Of a stretch of DNA of 64,000 nucleotides, positions 12,288 to 26,219 are shown piece after piece. The position numbers and the translations under genes were made by a program. The stretch comes from Octopus bimaculoides (lineage: Eukaryota). The DNA is taken from positions 49,256,414 through 49,320,413 of the forward strand of contig NC_068981.1 in the NCBI RefSeq assembly GCF_001194135.2. Direction: 5' to 3'. Numbering within the stretch: the first letter of the stretch is position 1; every line of letters starts with the position of its first letter. Below the pieces are notes generated by a model, which was not told the DNA's origin, searched no databases, and saw only the letters and a program-made list of their open reading frames with translations.

Positions 12288-12480
12288 ACATATATATATA
12301 TGTGTGTGTGTGTGTACGACGGGCTTCTTTCAATTACTGTCTACCAAATCCACTCACAATTATTTGGTCAATCCGAGGATACAGTAGAAGGCACTTGCCC
12401 AAGGTGCCACGCAGTGGGACTGAACCCGCAACCATGTGGTTGGTAAGCAACCTACTTACCACACAACCACTCCTGCGCCT
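12040..12480 (-). mobile_element. Octopus tRNA-derived SINE (family A; OK/OR-type), near full length
   Basis: Reverse complement begins aggcgcaggagtggttgtgtggtaagtag (A-box-like) ... gcgggttcagtccc (B-box-like) ... ggcaccttgggcaagtg; internal (CA)n/(TA)n; recognised octopus SINE layout. Confidence 0.85.
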
Positions 12481-13009
12481 GTTTCCTGATTTCTGTAAAC
12501 AACAGTTTGTACCATTAGATTTATCGGGCTGATGAGGTATGTTTGACTAAGGTTACACAAAATAAGTTCGNNNNNNNNNNNNNNNNNNNNNNNNNNNNNN
12601 NNNNNNNNNNNNNNNNNNNNNNNNNNNNNNNNNNNNNNNNNNNNNNNNNNNNNNNNNNNNNNNNNNNNNNNNNNNNNNNNNNNNNNNNNNNNNNNNNNNN
12701 NNNNNNNNNNNNNNNNNNNNNNNNNNNNNNNNNNNNNNNNNNNNNNNNNNNNNNNNNNNNNNNNNNNNNNNNNNNNNNNNNNNNNNNNNNNNNNNNNNNN
12801 NNNNNNNNNNNNNNNNNNNNNNNNNNNNNNNNNNNNNNNNNNNNNNNNNNNNNNNNNNNNNNNNNNNNNNNNNNNNNNNNNNNNNNNNNNNNNNNNNNNN
12901 NNNNNNNNNNNNNNNNNNNNNNNNNNNNNNNNNNNNNNNNNNNNNNNNNNNNNNNNNACACACACACATTTACATGTTTGTATATATATATTTGTTTACA
13001 CGTACAAAA

Positions 13010-13010
13010 C

Positions 13011-13077
<67 letters not shown>

Positions 13078-13130
13078 TATAGATAGATAGATAGATAGAC
13101 AGATAGATAGATAGGCAGATATATAGATAT
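13010..13130. repeat. (GATA)n microsatellite
   Basis: Directly visible. Confidence 0.95.
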
Positions 13131-14783
13131 GCGTGCTTAACTAAAATGCATGTACTTCTATGCATAAAAAAATTGACCATTCAACTTTGAGCATTCAAAG
13201 TAGCCAACAATATTGAGTTTAATTTTAATGTAAGTGATTTCAAAGATACTGTGAATTACGAGATTTGTACAAATACAAAGTACACGTGATTTTCTTTCTT
13301 TCAAATAACAAAGCAGAGAAATAGAAAATGTTTCCATGTGTGATTTCAGTTCAAAGATGACAATAATAATACTTGGCAGTGATCAGTATTTCATTCTAAA
13401 TTTACGTCGGTGTTTTAGGAAGTAACGGAGGGCAGGGATCTGACAGAGGCAATAAATTAAGTTGTGGTAGATTGTGATGTTTTGAGATGATTGTGAAGTT
13501 GAACTGGCAACATTTATCTTAAGTTAGAGCAAAAGGTGATGACAGATATTTATAGGCCTATCACAAACCGCACATTACATTTACACATGTACACATATAG
13601 GTAAAAATGTCAATATTCTCACATACATACGTACATTAAGTTATGGACAACAAAACCTACAAACCAATACGGCAGCTCGCCGGTTCATTCAGACCTATAA
13701 TATGAAAAAAATAATCAACATATAAAATAATTGCCTCCTCGAAATACTACTTGAATTTGTAAGATATTATTTCCCAGTTTTAATAAATTGTACGCTTCAA
13801 AGCCGATATCGCTCTCTGTCTCTCATTCTCTCTCTCTGTCTCTTCTTTCTTTCTTCCTCTCTCTCTTTCTCTCTCGCTCTCTCAATTTGTATAGAGTAGC
13901 TTATATATGTGAGTGTATGTGCGTATGTTCATTTATGTGAGTGCGTGTATGCAGGTGCGTGTGTTGGTGTATGTATTCATACGCCTATATATATATANNN
14001 NNNNNNNNNNNNNNNNNNNNNNNNNNNNNNNNNNNNNNNNNNNNNNNNNNNNNNNNNNNNNNNNNNNNNNNNNNNNNNNNNNNNNNNNNNNNNNNNNNNN
14101 NNNNNNNNNNNNNNNNNNNNNNNNNNNNNNNNNNNNNNNNNNNNNNNNNNNNNNNNNNNNNNNNNNNNNNNNNNNNNNNNNNNNNNNNNNNNNNNNNNNN
14201 NNNNNNNNNNNNNNNNNNNNNNNNNNNNNNNNNNNNNNNNNNNNNNNNNNNNNNNNNNNNNNNNNNNNNNNNNNNNNNNNNNNNNNNNNNNNNNNNNNNN
14301 NNNNNNNNNNNNNNNNNNNNNNNNNNNNNNNNNNNNNNNNNNNNNNNNNNNNNNNNNNNNNNNNNNNNNNNNNNNNNNNNNNNNNNNNNNNNNNNNNNNN
14401 NNNNNNNNNNNNNNNNNNNNNNNNNNNNNNNNNNNNNNNNNNNNNNNNNNNNNNNNNNNNNNNNNNNNNNNNNNNNNNNNNNNNNNNNNNNNNNNNNNNN
14501 NNNNNNNNNNNNNNNNNNNNNNNNNNNNNNNNNNNNNNNNNNNNNNNNNNNNNNNNNNNNNNNNNNNNNNNNNNNNNNNNNNNNNNNNNNNNNNNNNNNN
14601 NNNNNNNNNNNNNNNNNNNNNNNNNNNNNNNNNNNNNNNNNNNNNNNNNNNNNNNNNNNNNNNNNNNNNNNNNNNNNNNNNNNNNNNNNNNNNNNNNNNN
14701 NNNNNNNNNNNNNNNNNNNNNNNNNNNNNNNNNNNNNNNNNNNNNNNNNNNNNNNNNNNNNNNNNNNATATAATCGAACTTAC

Positions 14784-14906
14784 CTGCACTCCTACAAAGC
14801 TCCAAAATGAAAAATATGTCATTACAAGTGATTTTGTGTATAGCTTTTCCACATATTCGATGATGAACTTCTACTACATTTGATGGATTTTCCATGTGGG
14901 TCCACC
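14784..14906 (-). CDS. Candidate internal coding exon, 123 nt, phase 1-1: (x)GWTHMENPSNVVEVHHRICGKAIHKITCNDIFFILELCRSA(G)
   Basis: Acceptor tattatactttag|G and perfect donor CAG|GTAAGT; only one of three frames is open; unique non-repeat sequence. Product not recognised. Confidence 0.4.
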
Positions 14907-16515
14907 CTAAAGTATAATATATGGTTTTGTTATAGTTTCACATAGAACCATTTGTTTTGTAAGTTCTTATATAAATCTGAATGCATCGATACTTTATGTT
15001 TTCTGTACGCCTTAATACTGCACGGCTCAGACATGTCAATCCCTTACGTCAGACGAAGTTTTTTTTTTTTAATGTGTATACTGTTTAAATATAAAAATAT
15101 AATGTCTGCCTAGAGCACAAAGGCAAAGGCAAATTTGTCAAATATTCGGATTCCTTTCCTTATCTGTATTTCTCAAAGCCATTCAATTTCTAAACAGTAA
15201 GATATATTTCATTGCTGTTACTGGATGATCATATCTGAATATTATTGAAACAATCAAAATTCTTTCTAAAAGTCATCACAGCCGTAAATTGATTTGCTCC
15301 CAAATTCAGATCAAAATGAGATTTTACTGATGACACTTTTATAATATCTCCATTTAAACCCAGCTCATTGAGTCTTTATGATTACAAAGCAGAAAGCACG
15401 ATGAGGTCTGGATGAATTCTGGACATACCTAAGATATTGAAAGTGCATTTTATTTCCTTACATTAGTTTCGTTATCATCACTGACTAAAATGACTAAATC
15501 AAAGGTTGTAGTCCACTCCCTCGCCGATTGACACAACACTCATCAACACTTGTACGAATTCTATTACATACACATCTCTATCAAGTGAAAAAATATCATG
15601 CTCTTTCGATGGTAAGATTAAATCGCGTTAACTATCCAATGACTTCACTATCGACAATTATTTACTTACTGCCATTATCGCTATTGCAAAAATAACTCTA
15701 CCGTTAATACAGCAATTTCATTATCAATCCATGTCATTCCATCCGACACGCACATAACATCATGCCTTTCATACTCACTTCACTTTTATTGCAAAACCAT
15801 CACATAAAGTTTTGCACAAGCGTTACATTGTGGAGTTACTAGCCTCTAGAAGTATACTAATATCATAATTATTCTGTACATGTGGACACAAAAATAATTA
15901 TTATCTATATTAATTGCACAAGATGAAAGAGCGACATAGGCTGTGGATCATGCCCCTTTTATTCTTGATAAAATTAACATATGTGCATATAATTATGTTC
16001 TCTATATGGCATATTGCTGTATGCATATGTGTGATATATCACATATTTTATGTGAGAATATATATTCTAATATATGCATATCCATGTAAATGTGTTAAGA
16101 CATATATTATATATATATATCTATGAATACATCGAGTATGGATTTTATATGGCCGACAAGATGGAGTGATGATTTTAAAAGCACTAAAACATCGAATGTG
16201 ACTTGTAGCCATATACAGATTGTATCATTCGTCTTTTCCCAAATATGCATTGATATAATTTGTAAACAAGCTCCGATAAGAAGAGAAAAATAACCATATG
16301 ACGAAAATCGATCTGAAATTCAATAGATCAATATATTTCACGATCACTCACAGTGTTTCCGGGAAATGTAAACCATTTGTATCAGGAAAGTAAATATATT
16401 TTTTTAGAACTATGGCCTTTTGTATTTATGGTGAGAAATAAATTTCTGATTGATTTTTTCATCCTACTATGTACGCGGAGTATGTGTATGCATATAGGGA
16501 GTGTATGAGACTTAT

Positions 16516-16551
<36 letters not shown>

Positions 16552-16556
16552 GTGTA

Positions 16557-16647
<91 letters not shown>

Positions 16648-19600
16648 TGTATGTATATGTATATGTGTGTGTGAGTGCGTGTGTGTGTATAACGGGAGAT
16701 ATGTAAATAGTAAATTAGATAATGAAAGACGAACGCACATTGTGTAAATAATATTATAATTCTTTTTAAATATAGGCAGCTTAAGACTGATCAACTTATT
16801 CCTCAGAACCAATGTTTCCATGCAGATTCAAGAATCATGATATTTTAAACAGTTTTCTGTATTACGCTCAAAAACATGATGGATTTTATAAACAGAATGG
16901 CTTCTACTTAAAATATAACTTTTCTGTTTTAAAAATATCAATCCAAGGAATTCGAAGCTTGTGCGATTATGTGAATCAATTCAATAACACCCATGTATCG
17001 CAAGCAAAAATTACAATAAAATGCCAATAAATATGTTGATGTCCTCAACTCTGTAATAAAAGGCAATGTTTATTTCTTTATGTATTTGATTGTTTATTTA
17101 TTTATTTATTTATTTTTTGTTAAATACACATAATATTCGCATACAACATATTATGAAATAGGCAATCTGGAATGTAAACTGAACTGTATTATAAACCCAT
17201 ATTGCTAGTATGATAATTTGTTTTACTTGTTTGATACATAATTTACTCTATATATTCAGGAAAATAATACTGCATATTCCAAGCAGATATTGGTTTTAAT
17301 GTTTACACAAATCATCATTGAAATGAAATTATCGGTCAGATTCATACACATAAGCATACATGCATACATACATGAAAATCAGAATAAGCCAGAGTTTTCA
17401 GAAAACGAAATGAACCAATTCACTTGCACATTATAATTAGAATTTGTAAGTGGAGCAGTAAAAATATACGAGAATTTTCAGGAGTTTAAAAGGTAATATT
17501 GTTTCCGGTTGTATACATTCTAGCAGTAGAGTTTGCTGTTTTTATTAGAAACCACGTTCTTTCATCAAAGCAAATATTTCAATAATTAATATATATATNN
17601 NNNNNNNNNNNNNNNNNNNNNNNNNNNNNNNNNNNNNNNNNNNNNNNNNNNNNNNNNNNNNNNNNNNNNNNNNNNNNNNNNNNNNNNNNNNNNNNNNNNN
17701 NNNNNNNNNNNNNNNNNNNNNNNNNNNNNNNNNNNNNNNNNNNNNNNNNNNNNNNNNNNNNNNNNNNNNNNNNNNNNNNNNNNNNNNNNNNNNNNNNNNN
17801 NNNNNNNNNNNNNNNNNNNNNNNNNNNNNNNNNNNNNNNNNNNNNNNNNNNNNNNNNNNNNNNNNNNNNNNNNNNNNNNNNNNNNNNNNNNNNNNNNNNN
17901 NNNNNNNNNNNNNNNNNNNNNNNNNNNNNNNNNNNNNNNNNNNNNNNNNNNNNNNNNNNNNNNNNNNNNNNNNNNNNTATATATATATATATATATGCAC
18001 ATATACATTTATATATATACATCTATACATATATGTGTGCATGAATGTGTATGTACATTCATTTATATACATACATAAAGACAAACATCTGCATAGAATG
18101 ATAGAAGACACACACACACACACATATACGCATAGAAAGAAGACAATCTAAACGATAATTATATAAATTATAATTCCATTCACATTTCAATATATAGGGT
18201 TTCTTCATAAGAGAATAGCTTGTAAACGTTTGTTAGCCGCTTTATTGGCAATATACGAATTCAAGTATTCTGAAATGCACCAAAAAATGTGCGAGACGGT
18301 ATCATATTCTATAAGTACCAAATGTTTCCTAGAAATGACGGTCATTAATGTAGACGCTAAATAGCTTCATTCATATTAATCATAACAACTAGTAAGGAAT
18401 TATACATATCTGTATAAGCATACATACACACAGAAACACAAAGGCATTTGTGAAGAAGACAACTGTGTAAAGCTTCTATGACAATGGTGATTTACGTACG
18501 CTCTGGCATGTTTGCGAAAGGAATCAATCCCCACTTTCAACCAGAATCGAAAGTGTTCCTTCATACGTCCATTGATGGTCAAGAAACAGATATGCCGTAA
18601 AAAACCCGCTTTGCTTTAAACATCTTTAGAAAATATAACAATTAATATAGATTTTTAACGTAGCACACTTCTACAAGGGAAGCGTTTTTCGTACTTCACC
18701 TCATTTTTCATGCTTTTCCCTGCAGGTACGAATGTAAAAAAGTTGAAACCTAGATATATATTTTAGTACTAATGTTGTTTCACGTGTCAATGTATAGTTC
18801 TTCTCTGACTCTCCCACTTACGTTCAAGTAAACATGTGTAATGTATAACTACATCAGCCATTATAATCAATTTTATTGCATTCATAAAATTATTTGATTA
18901 CTAATTTTAAAATTTCATCACGTTTCTATGCATCGTACACATGCGCATTATGTTCGTGTGCGTGTGGGCCTATGCCTGTGTGTGTGTGAGCGGGTGTATG
19001 TGTATGTGAGTGTGCCTGTGTGTATGTATGTGTCTGTGTCTATATGTGACTGTGTTTGCGTGTGTATGTAGGATACTTCAGCTATAATTAATGATAACTG
19101 ATGTTTATCTGCAAATGTTCAAATTTTCCCTTATGGAATCTGATAATCCTTCAACAATATTGCCTGTAATAAATTATCTGCAACACAAGAATGTAAATAT
19201 AGTGTCAATTAAATTAACTCAAACAGAAATATATTTTATCTCTCACAGATGTGTTTGCGTGAGAAAATGTGCGTGGAATTATAAATATAAACAGTTTGTA
19301 AAATATTTATTTAAAGCATATGTATGCATATGTCTGTGCGAATCTCAATAGCATCTAATAAAGACTAGATGCCTGCCCGTACTCATACACACACACACAC
19401 ACATACACACACACATAAACACACACACAAACGTACACACAAACACAAATACACACACACACACATGCATATAGACACACATATACGCGCACACACGAAC
19501 TCACACACACTCATATGTATAGACGTGTTTTCTGAAGCTGCTTAAGAAAACACATCTTATATGCGCGCGTGTGTGTGTGTACTTATATATGTGTATGTAT

Positions 19601-20276
19601 GTATGTATATGNNNNNNNNNNNNNNNNNNNNNNNNNNNNNNNNNNNNNNNNNNNNNNNNNNNNNNNNNNNNNNNNNNNNNNNNNNNNNNNNNNNNNNNNN
19701 NNNNNNNNNNNNNNNNNNNNNNNNNNNNNNNNNNNNNNNNNNNNNNNNNNNNNNNNNNNNNNNNNNNNNNNNNNNNNNNNNNNNNNNNNNNNNNNNNNNN
19801 NNNNNNNNTTATATGTTTATGTACGTGTGTGTTTGTGCGTGCGTGTGCTTGTGTGTATGTGTTTGGTGAAAAACTTAGATATAGATCCCTCTTATTTTGC
19901 ATCCCATAATTCTCTAACTTTTGGACTGTATGTACAGAAAATAATTTCGAAAAATATCTGTAAGTACAGAATATTTCTATAAAGAGAGAAACTTATACAG
20001 TCATATAAGAAACATCCGTATATTGTAAAATGCGCGAATATTCTTGTTTGTTCCCAGATAACTACCACAAACAAATATACATTTTTCATAAGATGCGTAT
20101 TTTATTTGCTGTCATTACCAATATTTCTTCTTTTTTTTTTGTTGTATTGCCCAAACTAAGCAAATTCAACAAATCTTTGTCAATTTCGATTGGGAATCCA
20201 ACATTATAAGACCCAACTGATAAAGGATCAGACGTAATCCACAGCAACATCATCAAAACTAGAAAAGCTTAGAAAC

Positions 20277-20709
20277 ATGACAATGGCAACACAAGTCCAA
20301 AATAATTGCAACTTGATCTGGCAGTGAAATCGGTATTCTCGTTAACGCATGTGTCATTTATTGTCAAAATGCGAACATCCCTACCCCATGTATAAATCGC
20401 ATTAGCAGAAGAGCTGTTCATCTTTTTTAATAACCACAAACTGAGAACAAACTGAAAAAAAATTGCAACTTCGTATCGTATCAAAATTAACTACGTGGAT
20501 AACCACGCTCAACTCTTTCCAAACACCACATCTCGCAATGAACAGCAGCAGCACAAACGATGAGTACAGCAACTAATATATGAGCAACAACAACAACAAT
20601 TAAATCTAACACAACAGCATCACCGACGACCCCAGCAACAAAGACCAAGCTACCCTACCAATTAAGACTTTCCTCCCTCATCATCAACATCGAAATTGCT
20701 GCTAACATT

Positions 20710-20780
<71 letters not shown>

Positions 20781-20828
20781 GTACTGCTACTACTGCTGCC
20801 ACTCCTGCTGCCGCCGCTACCATTGCCT

Positions 20829-20859
<31 letters not shown>

Positions 20860-21965
20860 GTATTCCTCTTATTCTTTTTGTTTTTTTCTGCTGCTATGAT
20901 CTTACAGTGACCTACCGCAAGCACTCCTTTCTATCACTGCCTTTGTCCATTCTCAACCACTCCTTTCCCACACACCCACCACGACTACTTCTACGTCATC
21001 AGTACGAAATAGTCCTGCCAGTGTCCAACCTCAACCACACTCTCTAGTCTCCCCAGCCCCATTATCATCAAAGTCAAAAAATCTAAACCTAAAATTATTT
21101 ACAATACACAACCCTTTAAAACACCCACAAGCCTACAAAGAGATATGCCACCATTCTTTGCGCGCGATGCTACGCACATACCGTGACTGCAATTTCAGTC
21201 ATTTACTAGGGAAAATAGACTCAATTAATAAAAGCAACATCAGCCTGCTACAACAGCTCCAACGACTAAAATCTGCCGCTATTCCCAACACTGACAGAAC
21301 TGTCAGTCTAACTACAACTTCAGCCAACAAAATTTCCATAACCTGGTAAATTGTTTTTTTGAATAAGCAGAACTTAGCAAAAGATATCCAGTGAACAATC
21401 TGAGCTTTCACGGCACTACCCCAGTGCAGAAACTGTCCTCATCACTGCAAATAAACCATAAGTCGCTTTCAAGCACTACTCCAGTCTCAACATTTTTGCT
21501 GAGTACGCAAGAGATCAGACCATCCTTCAATTAAAAAAGAAATACTGTCTGGTTCATTGAGGTTTGGATCACCGACCACCCTCATCAAGTTTTTGCTTTC
21601 TTCTTACATACAATCACATTAACAACTGAAGTAAAAGACCGTACCTTTGGAGGAAATGGAAGAGATACTATTTTTCTATACAATTCACTTATCGCAAACG
21701 AAAATTCTCATTCTCCAATGGTTGTTGCGAGTCAGTGTCTGTGTATAACAAAACTAATGATTTAGCAATAAGTGGCCTATACAGACCACTTCAAGAGCCA
21801 CTACAGTGTTTCAAAGAATGCCGGACGAATGTTAAGTATTTCACTAAACAATGCCAATCTGATAAAATCTAATGATGTGTAGCTTGAGTTTCTCCTAACG
21901 ATCTCGCTCCGGCACACATTTGTGCCCTCATGCAGCTACACAATGCTAACTGGGACGCAATCACC
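20277..21965 (+). mobile_element. 5' half of a degenerate APE-type LINE (CR1/Jockey-group): Cys-rich ORF1 plus AP endonuclease
   Basis: Degenerate PHD-like piece (SGSEIGILVNACVIYCQ...PC), CCCH-like ICHHSLRAMLRTYRDCNFSHLLG, APE segment FSNGCCESVSVYNKTNDLAISGLYRPL, and post-APE motif LHNANWDAI. Many stops and frameshifts. Confidence 0.7.
20710..20860 (+). repeat. Compound (ACT)n-(GCT)n-(ACT)n triplet repeat inside the LINE ORF1 linker
   Basis: Directly visible; translates as poly-T/poly-A/poly-T. Confidence 0.95.
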
Positions 21966-23200
21966 CCCAAAAATAGTGAGGGCTCGTTTTTCGATTTACC
22001 GATGGAGGGCATATGATGGGGCCGAGTTCTGTATGTTTATAGAACTATATTTTGCATAATCCGCATCTTCAATTCCCTTTTATAGATTCAGGATTTGCAG
22101 GAATGACGGTCTTATTGTCACCCATAATATAAACGGCCATGCGTTAGATAAACTTAAAAAGAATCTGATTATTTTCTTCCAAAGAACGGGCTTACGGTTT
22201 ACGATAAAAAGTAATCTTAATAACGTAGATTTTTTAGATATCGACTTAGGTTTGCAATTAGATAAATTTAAACCCTACCGTAAGCCCAATGAAAGCTATG
22301 TTATGTTAGCAAAAATTTAATCATCCACCGGTAATTTTTAAGAACCTTTTTAATAATGTAGGTGGGTGAATATCCTCAATTTCCGCAGCTGAGACAGCAA
22401 ATCAAAATTCTGCCCCGTACTACAGTAATGCATTAGGGAAAAGTGTGTTCTTGGAGAAGATCTAGTATAGTCAAATCAATTCTAACACTAACAGACCACG
22501 TAGAACTAGAACTAGAAAAGTTTTGTAGTTTAACGTCGCATTTAATATTACCGTAATAACTAATATAGAGAGGAAATTCTTAAAATTAGTGTCTAAACAT
22601 TTTCAGCCTAGCCATAAATTCTGTAGAAATGTTAAAAGGGGAACACTGACTGCTAGCTATTCTTGTTGTAAAAACTTCGCCTCTTTTATCAATCAGCATA
22701 ACACGAAAATTATTATAAGGAACGACAAAGCCGAATCTAATCTGAGGAACTGCAACTTCAAAGATAAGACTTGTTGTCCATTGGAAGGTAAACGTCTAGA
22801 AAAAGGAAATGCTTATAGAGCTAAAGTGCAAGTAGATGGCTCACAAGTATATAAAGCATACACAGGGGCTTGTGGAAAATTCAATCAAGCCGCGATTCTA
22901 ATCCCACTGAAATCTTTTCGTGAATAGAACCGCAACTAGTCTTGCAAAACATGTCTGGGAATTGAAAGAGAATGACACCCGTCCTTTTAATGCAACGTGG
23001 GAAATTCTAGAAAAAGCATCATCATACAGACATGGAGCTTATAAAAGACCCATGAAATGTAATCTTTGCCTCTCAGAAAAAGTTCTTCATCCTATTCCAG
23101 GATAAACATGATATAAACCAGAGACACGAGCTCTTAAATTCCTGCAGGCACACCCTGGTGATTAAAATGTCAACCGATAAGATACCAAAATATTTTGACT
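21966..23200 (+). mobile_element. 5'-truncated Penelope-like element (probably Naiad-type): RT, CCCC linker and C-terminal GIY-YIG
   Basis: FFDLPM/AYDGAEFC (FDVTMGSYDGAEVC motif), ICRNDGL (YRDD catalytic motif, degenerate), VDFLDI, KPYRKPN, NHPP, SYSC, NCNFKDKTCCPLEGK, YRAKV..YTG, ATSLAKHVWELK, KCNLCLSEK, ELLNSCRH. Confidence 0.9.
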
Positions 23201-23309
23201 TTGGGAAAAATATGACTGTCGCATTTGAATAAAATTCTCCCGTGTCCAGGTTTTCGTGGCGTTTGTATTGCCCGCTAGATGAGACGCCGATCCATCGCCT
23301 GTATATTCA

Positions 23310-23450
23310 CTTTTGGTAGTTTAGATGGCTGAAACGACGTGAAATGAAGTGTTTTGCTCCAGAATGCTACGCAACGCAGAGTCTAGGATTGGAAACCACA
23401 ATCTTACAACCATAAGTCCGACACCCTAACCATTAAGGCACGCGCTTCTA
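23310..23450 (-). mobile_element. tRNA-derived SINE head (family D)
   Basis: Reverse complement gcgtgccttaatggttagggtgtcggactt...gtggtttccaatcct (A/B boxes), followed by a gagcaaaacacttcatttcac core. Confidence 0.65.
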
Positions 23451-23511
23451 CACTACATATTTTAACATAGGGAAAATGTGAAATGCTTACAATCGAAACG
23501 TCTAAACGGGT

Positions 23512-23690
23512 AACTGGCAGAATCAGTAGCACCCCGGATAAAACGCTTAGCGCCATTTCATACGTCTTTACCTGCTGCGTGTAGGTTGAGTTTGTATTTC
23601 ATTTATTCAGGGTCGCCAAAATAAGTTGTAATTGAGTAGTGTAATTAACTCACCTGTTCCTCCAAAATCTTAATCCTTGTGCAGTTTCAG
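23512..23690 (+). mobile_element. Octopus SINE family B (OR-type), degenerate
   Basis: ctggcagaatcagtagcaccccggataaaacgcttagc...agggtcgccaaaataag; same family as 31100-31293 and 45628-45820. Confidence 0.65.
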
Positions 23691-23986
23691 AGTCAAGCGT
23701 TTCATTAAAGGACATCTATAACGTACATAATCAACTCGATGATAGCTTCGCTGGTTTGAACCAATGTATTACTGCATCAGCACTATATGATATATCAAGG
23801 AATATGATCCTATATAAATGTTATTTAAAGTAACGAAACATAATTAAACGTAGATCGCTCAAAGGGAACATGGCTCTTCAGACCGTTTTTGATTTCTTGT
23901 AGTTATTTACTTTCAAAAACGTACGCACGTTTGAGAAGTTCCTTGATATGTTTATAGTTGAAAGATGAATAGAAGCCCAAGCAATC

Positions 23987-24045
<59 letters not shown>

Positions 24046-25439
24046 CACACATACACACACATACACACAGACCACACATATATTGTCATTTAGAAAAACA
24101 CTACACATATATTGACATACACACATAATAAACATATATATCTACATACACACATAATTACACTAAGTAACTTGAATGAATGTGCGTATTAAGTATATAT
24201 GTAGTATATTGGTGCGTATGGACAGGCAGTATGCCAATATGATGCTATAATAAATAGAAGAAGGCAAATACATTTTTTAGAGCTTCATGAATTATATCAT
24301 CTTTCTGTTGGCAGATATTAATTATAGTTTCACGCTTATATGACATTAATCCCCCCTTTTTTTATCCGTTTTGAAGAACCGTTGAAACTTTCTTATTATA
24401 TTGCGAGCTATTATTTTATTGTGGCAAAGAAATGATATAATTCACCATAAATGTCTCTTATATCAAAGAAGTGATACATCAAGTGGTAAGTTTAAATGGC
24501 ATCTATTTTCTACTTGTATTGTCTTTCTATTACAAAATCATATAGATTACGAATTAAAATTGATATCACAGAACGGCTGGAGAAGTAATCCGTTTCTTAG
24601 TTTATACGAATATAGTTGTGCATAATTCTTGTATGTGTGTAAATGTATACATGCATACATATATACATATATGCACACATATATACATATACAGATATAT
24701 GCACACATAATAATATACGCATGTATGTTAGTGTGTACGTATGTATTTATGCAATAGTGTATGTGTGCTTCTACGTAAACATGATTGAAATAGAAGGAGG
24801 CTTAGATTTTGTTTAGATTGTATTTACATCGGTCACATGCTCCAGAGCATGGTTGTGCACAAAATACGTTTTCCTTAAAAAAAAGGGTGTTCACTGTGCA
24901 AACACAAATCCTTTTAAGACGGTTATAGTGAGTCTTAAACATATTGATACGGCAATCATCCCTACCGTACGAATCACGGAGCTATGCACTTTTCTGAAAA
25001 TGTATGCTCTGCCAACGTTTGACCTTTAGATCACAATAATTTTGCTTTGTCTGTCGTTGATTTGACGTTTTGTATAATGTACTAGGATGTGATAGCTTTT
25101 ACATTACATTGGTAATTCATCGAGCTTAGCCGGTCATATTTGACAATGATATACCTTTACACTTTTTCATATGTATAGCCTACAACTAAGGCGGCGAGCT
25201 GACTGAATCCTTGGTCTGCAACATTTTTAGCTTCTTTTCACATTTCCTGTGTCCTTGGGATTTTTGTTCTTTTTTTTTCACACAGTTATTAATCGTGTAT
25301 AGACAGTCACAGGAGCTAATACGTTCGTTGAGAAACAGTAATTTTCGAAACGTTTGTATTATTGTTACTTTCTTTTTACACGAAATGTTAGTAATCTGCA
25401 TTTAGTATTGAACCATTTGTATAGTTAATAGCTTTGAGG

Positions 25440-25486
<47 letters not shown>

Positions 25487-26209
25487 GCACACACACACAT
25501 ATATATATATATATATACACAGATACACACACACATGTATACAAACACACACACGCACATATATATATATACGCGTGTGTATGTCTGTAATTACATAATC
25601 CTACATATTTATTAATATACTATTGTATATATACGTAGCAAAATGTAAGGTAGCAAGGCAAAATATGTTCATAACAAAAATTGTTACTTTCACGCTCCTA
25701 AGAATAAAAAGAATCAGCTTTTATAGTGCTTCGTGTGGAGAATTAAGGGATTTCACTTGAACGGTGGGGAGGAAAGACGAGCAGAACGATAGAAGAACGA
25801 AAACTTAAATTAATGCAATTACGGCGAAAGACCACCTGAATGTGATTGTAGTCATAGTTTCATGGTTAAAATAAGGGACATTTTAAGAAGTGTTTTAAAT
25901 AAAAGGAGGCGCGTGCGTCAGTGTGCGTATTAGTTTTTCTGTGTGCGTGCATGTGTTTTAGCGTGTGCGTGCTTGTATTTATAGGTGTGTAATTTATATT
26001 GAAGATTAGTTTTCATTGCACCTAATCATGAGTGCGTCGTGTGTTTTTTGTTTGTGACTCTGCGCTTGTTTTTGTGTAAGTCTGAATAGGAAGAGGCATG
26101 CGACGAATGTATAATAATGTTTGTGGATTAAGTAATGTGTCTTTCATAAATTAATGTGTATATGTCCCTACGTGGCTTCGTGTGTATAATGTGAGTACTC
26201 ATAAATCAT

Positions 26210-26219
26210 GTGACGTCAC
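26210..26219. promoter_or_regulatory. Perfect extended CRE palindrome GTGACGTCAC, next to a second 10-bp palindrome TGAGTACTCA (26192-26201)
   Basis: The motif is directly visible; function is not shown. Confidence 0.25.

Noticed and set aside
22589-23160. Possible selenocysteine (in-frame UGA at Cys positions), as reported for Naiad Penelope elements
   Set aside because: The CCCC-linker and CNLC positions are TGC/TGT or missense here. The in-frame stops seen fall at Arg/Trp positions and look mutational.
23645-23660. Strong minus-strand donor CAG|GTGAGT
   Set aside because: It lies within the tail of a SINE family B copy, with no upstream open exon.
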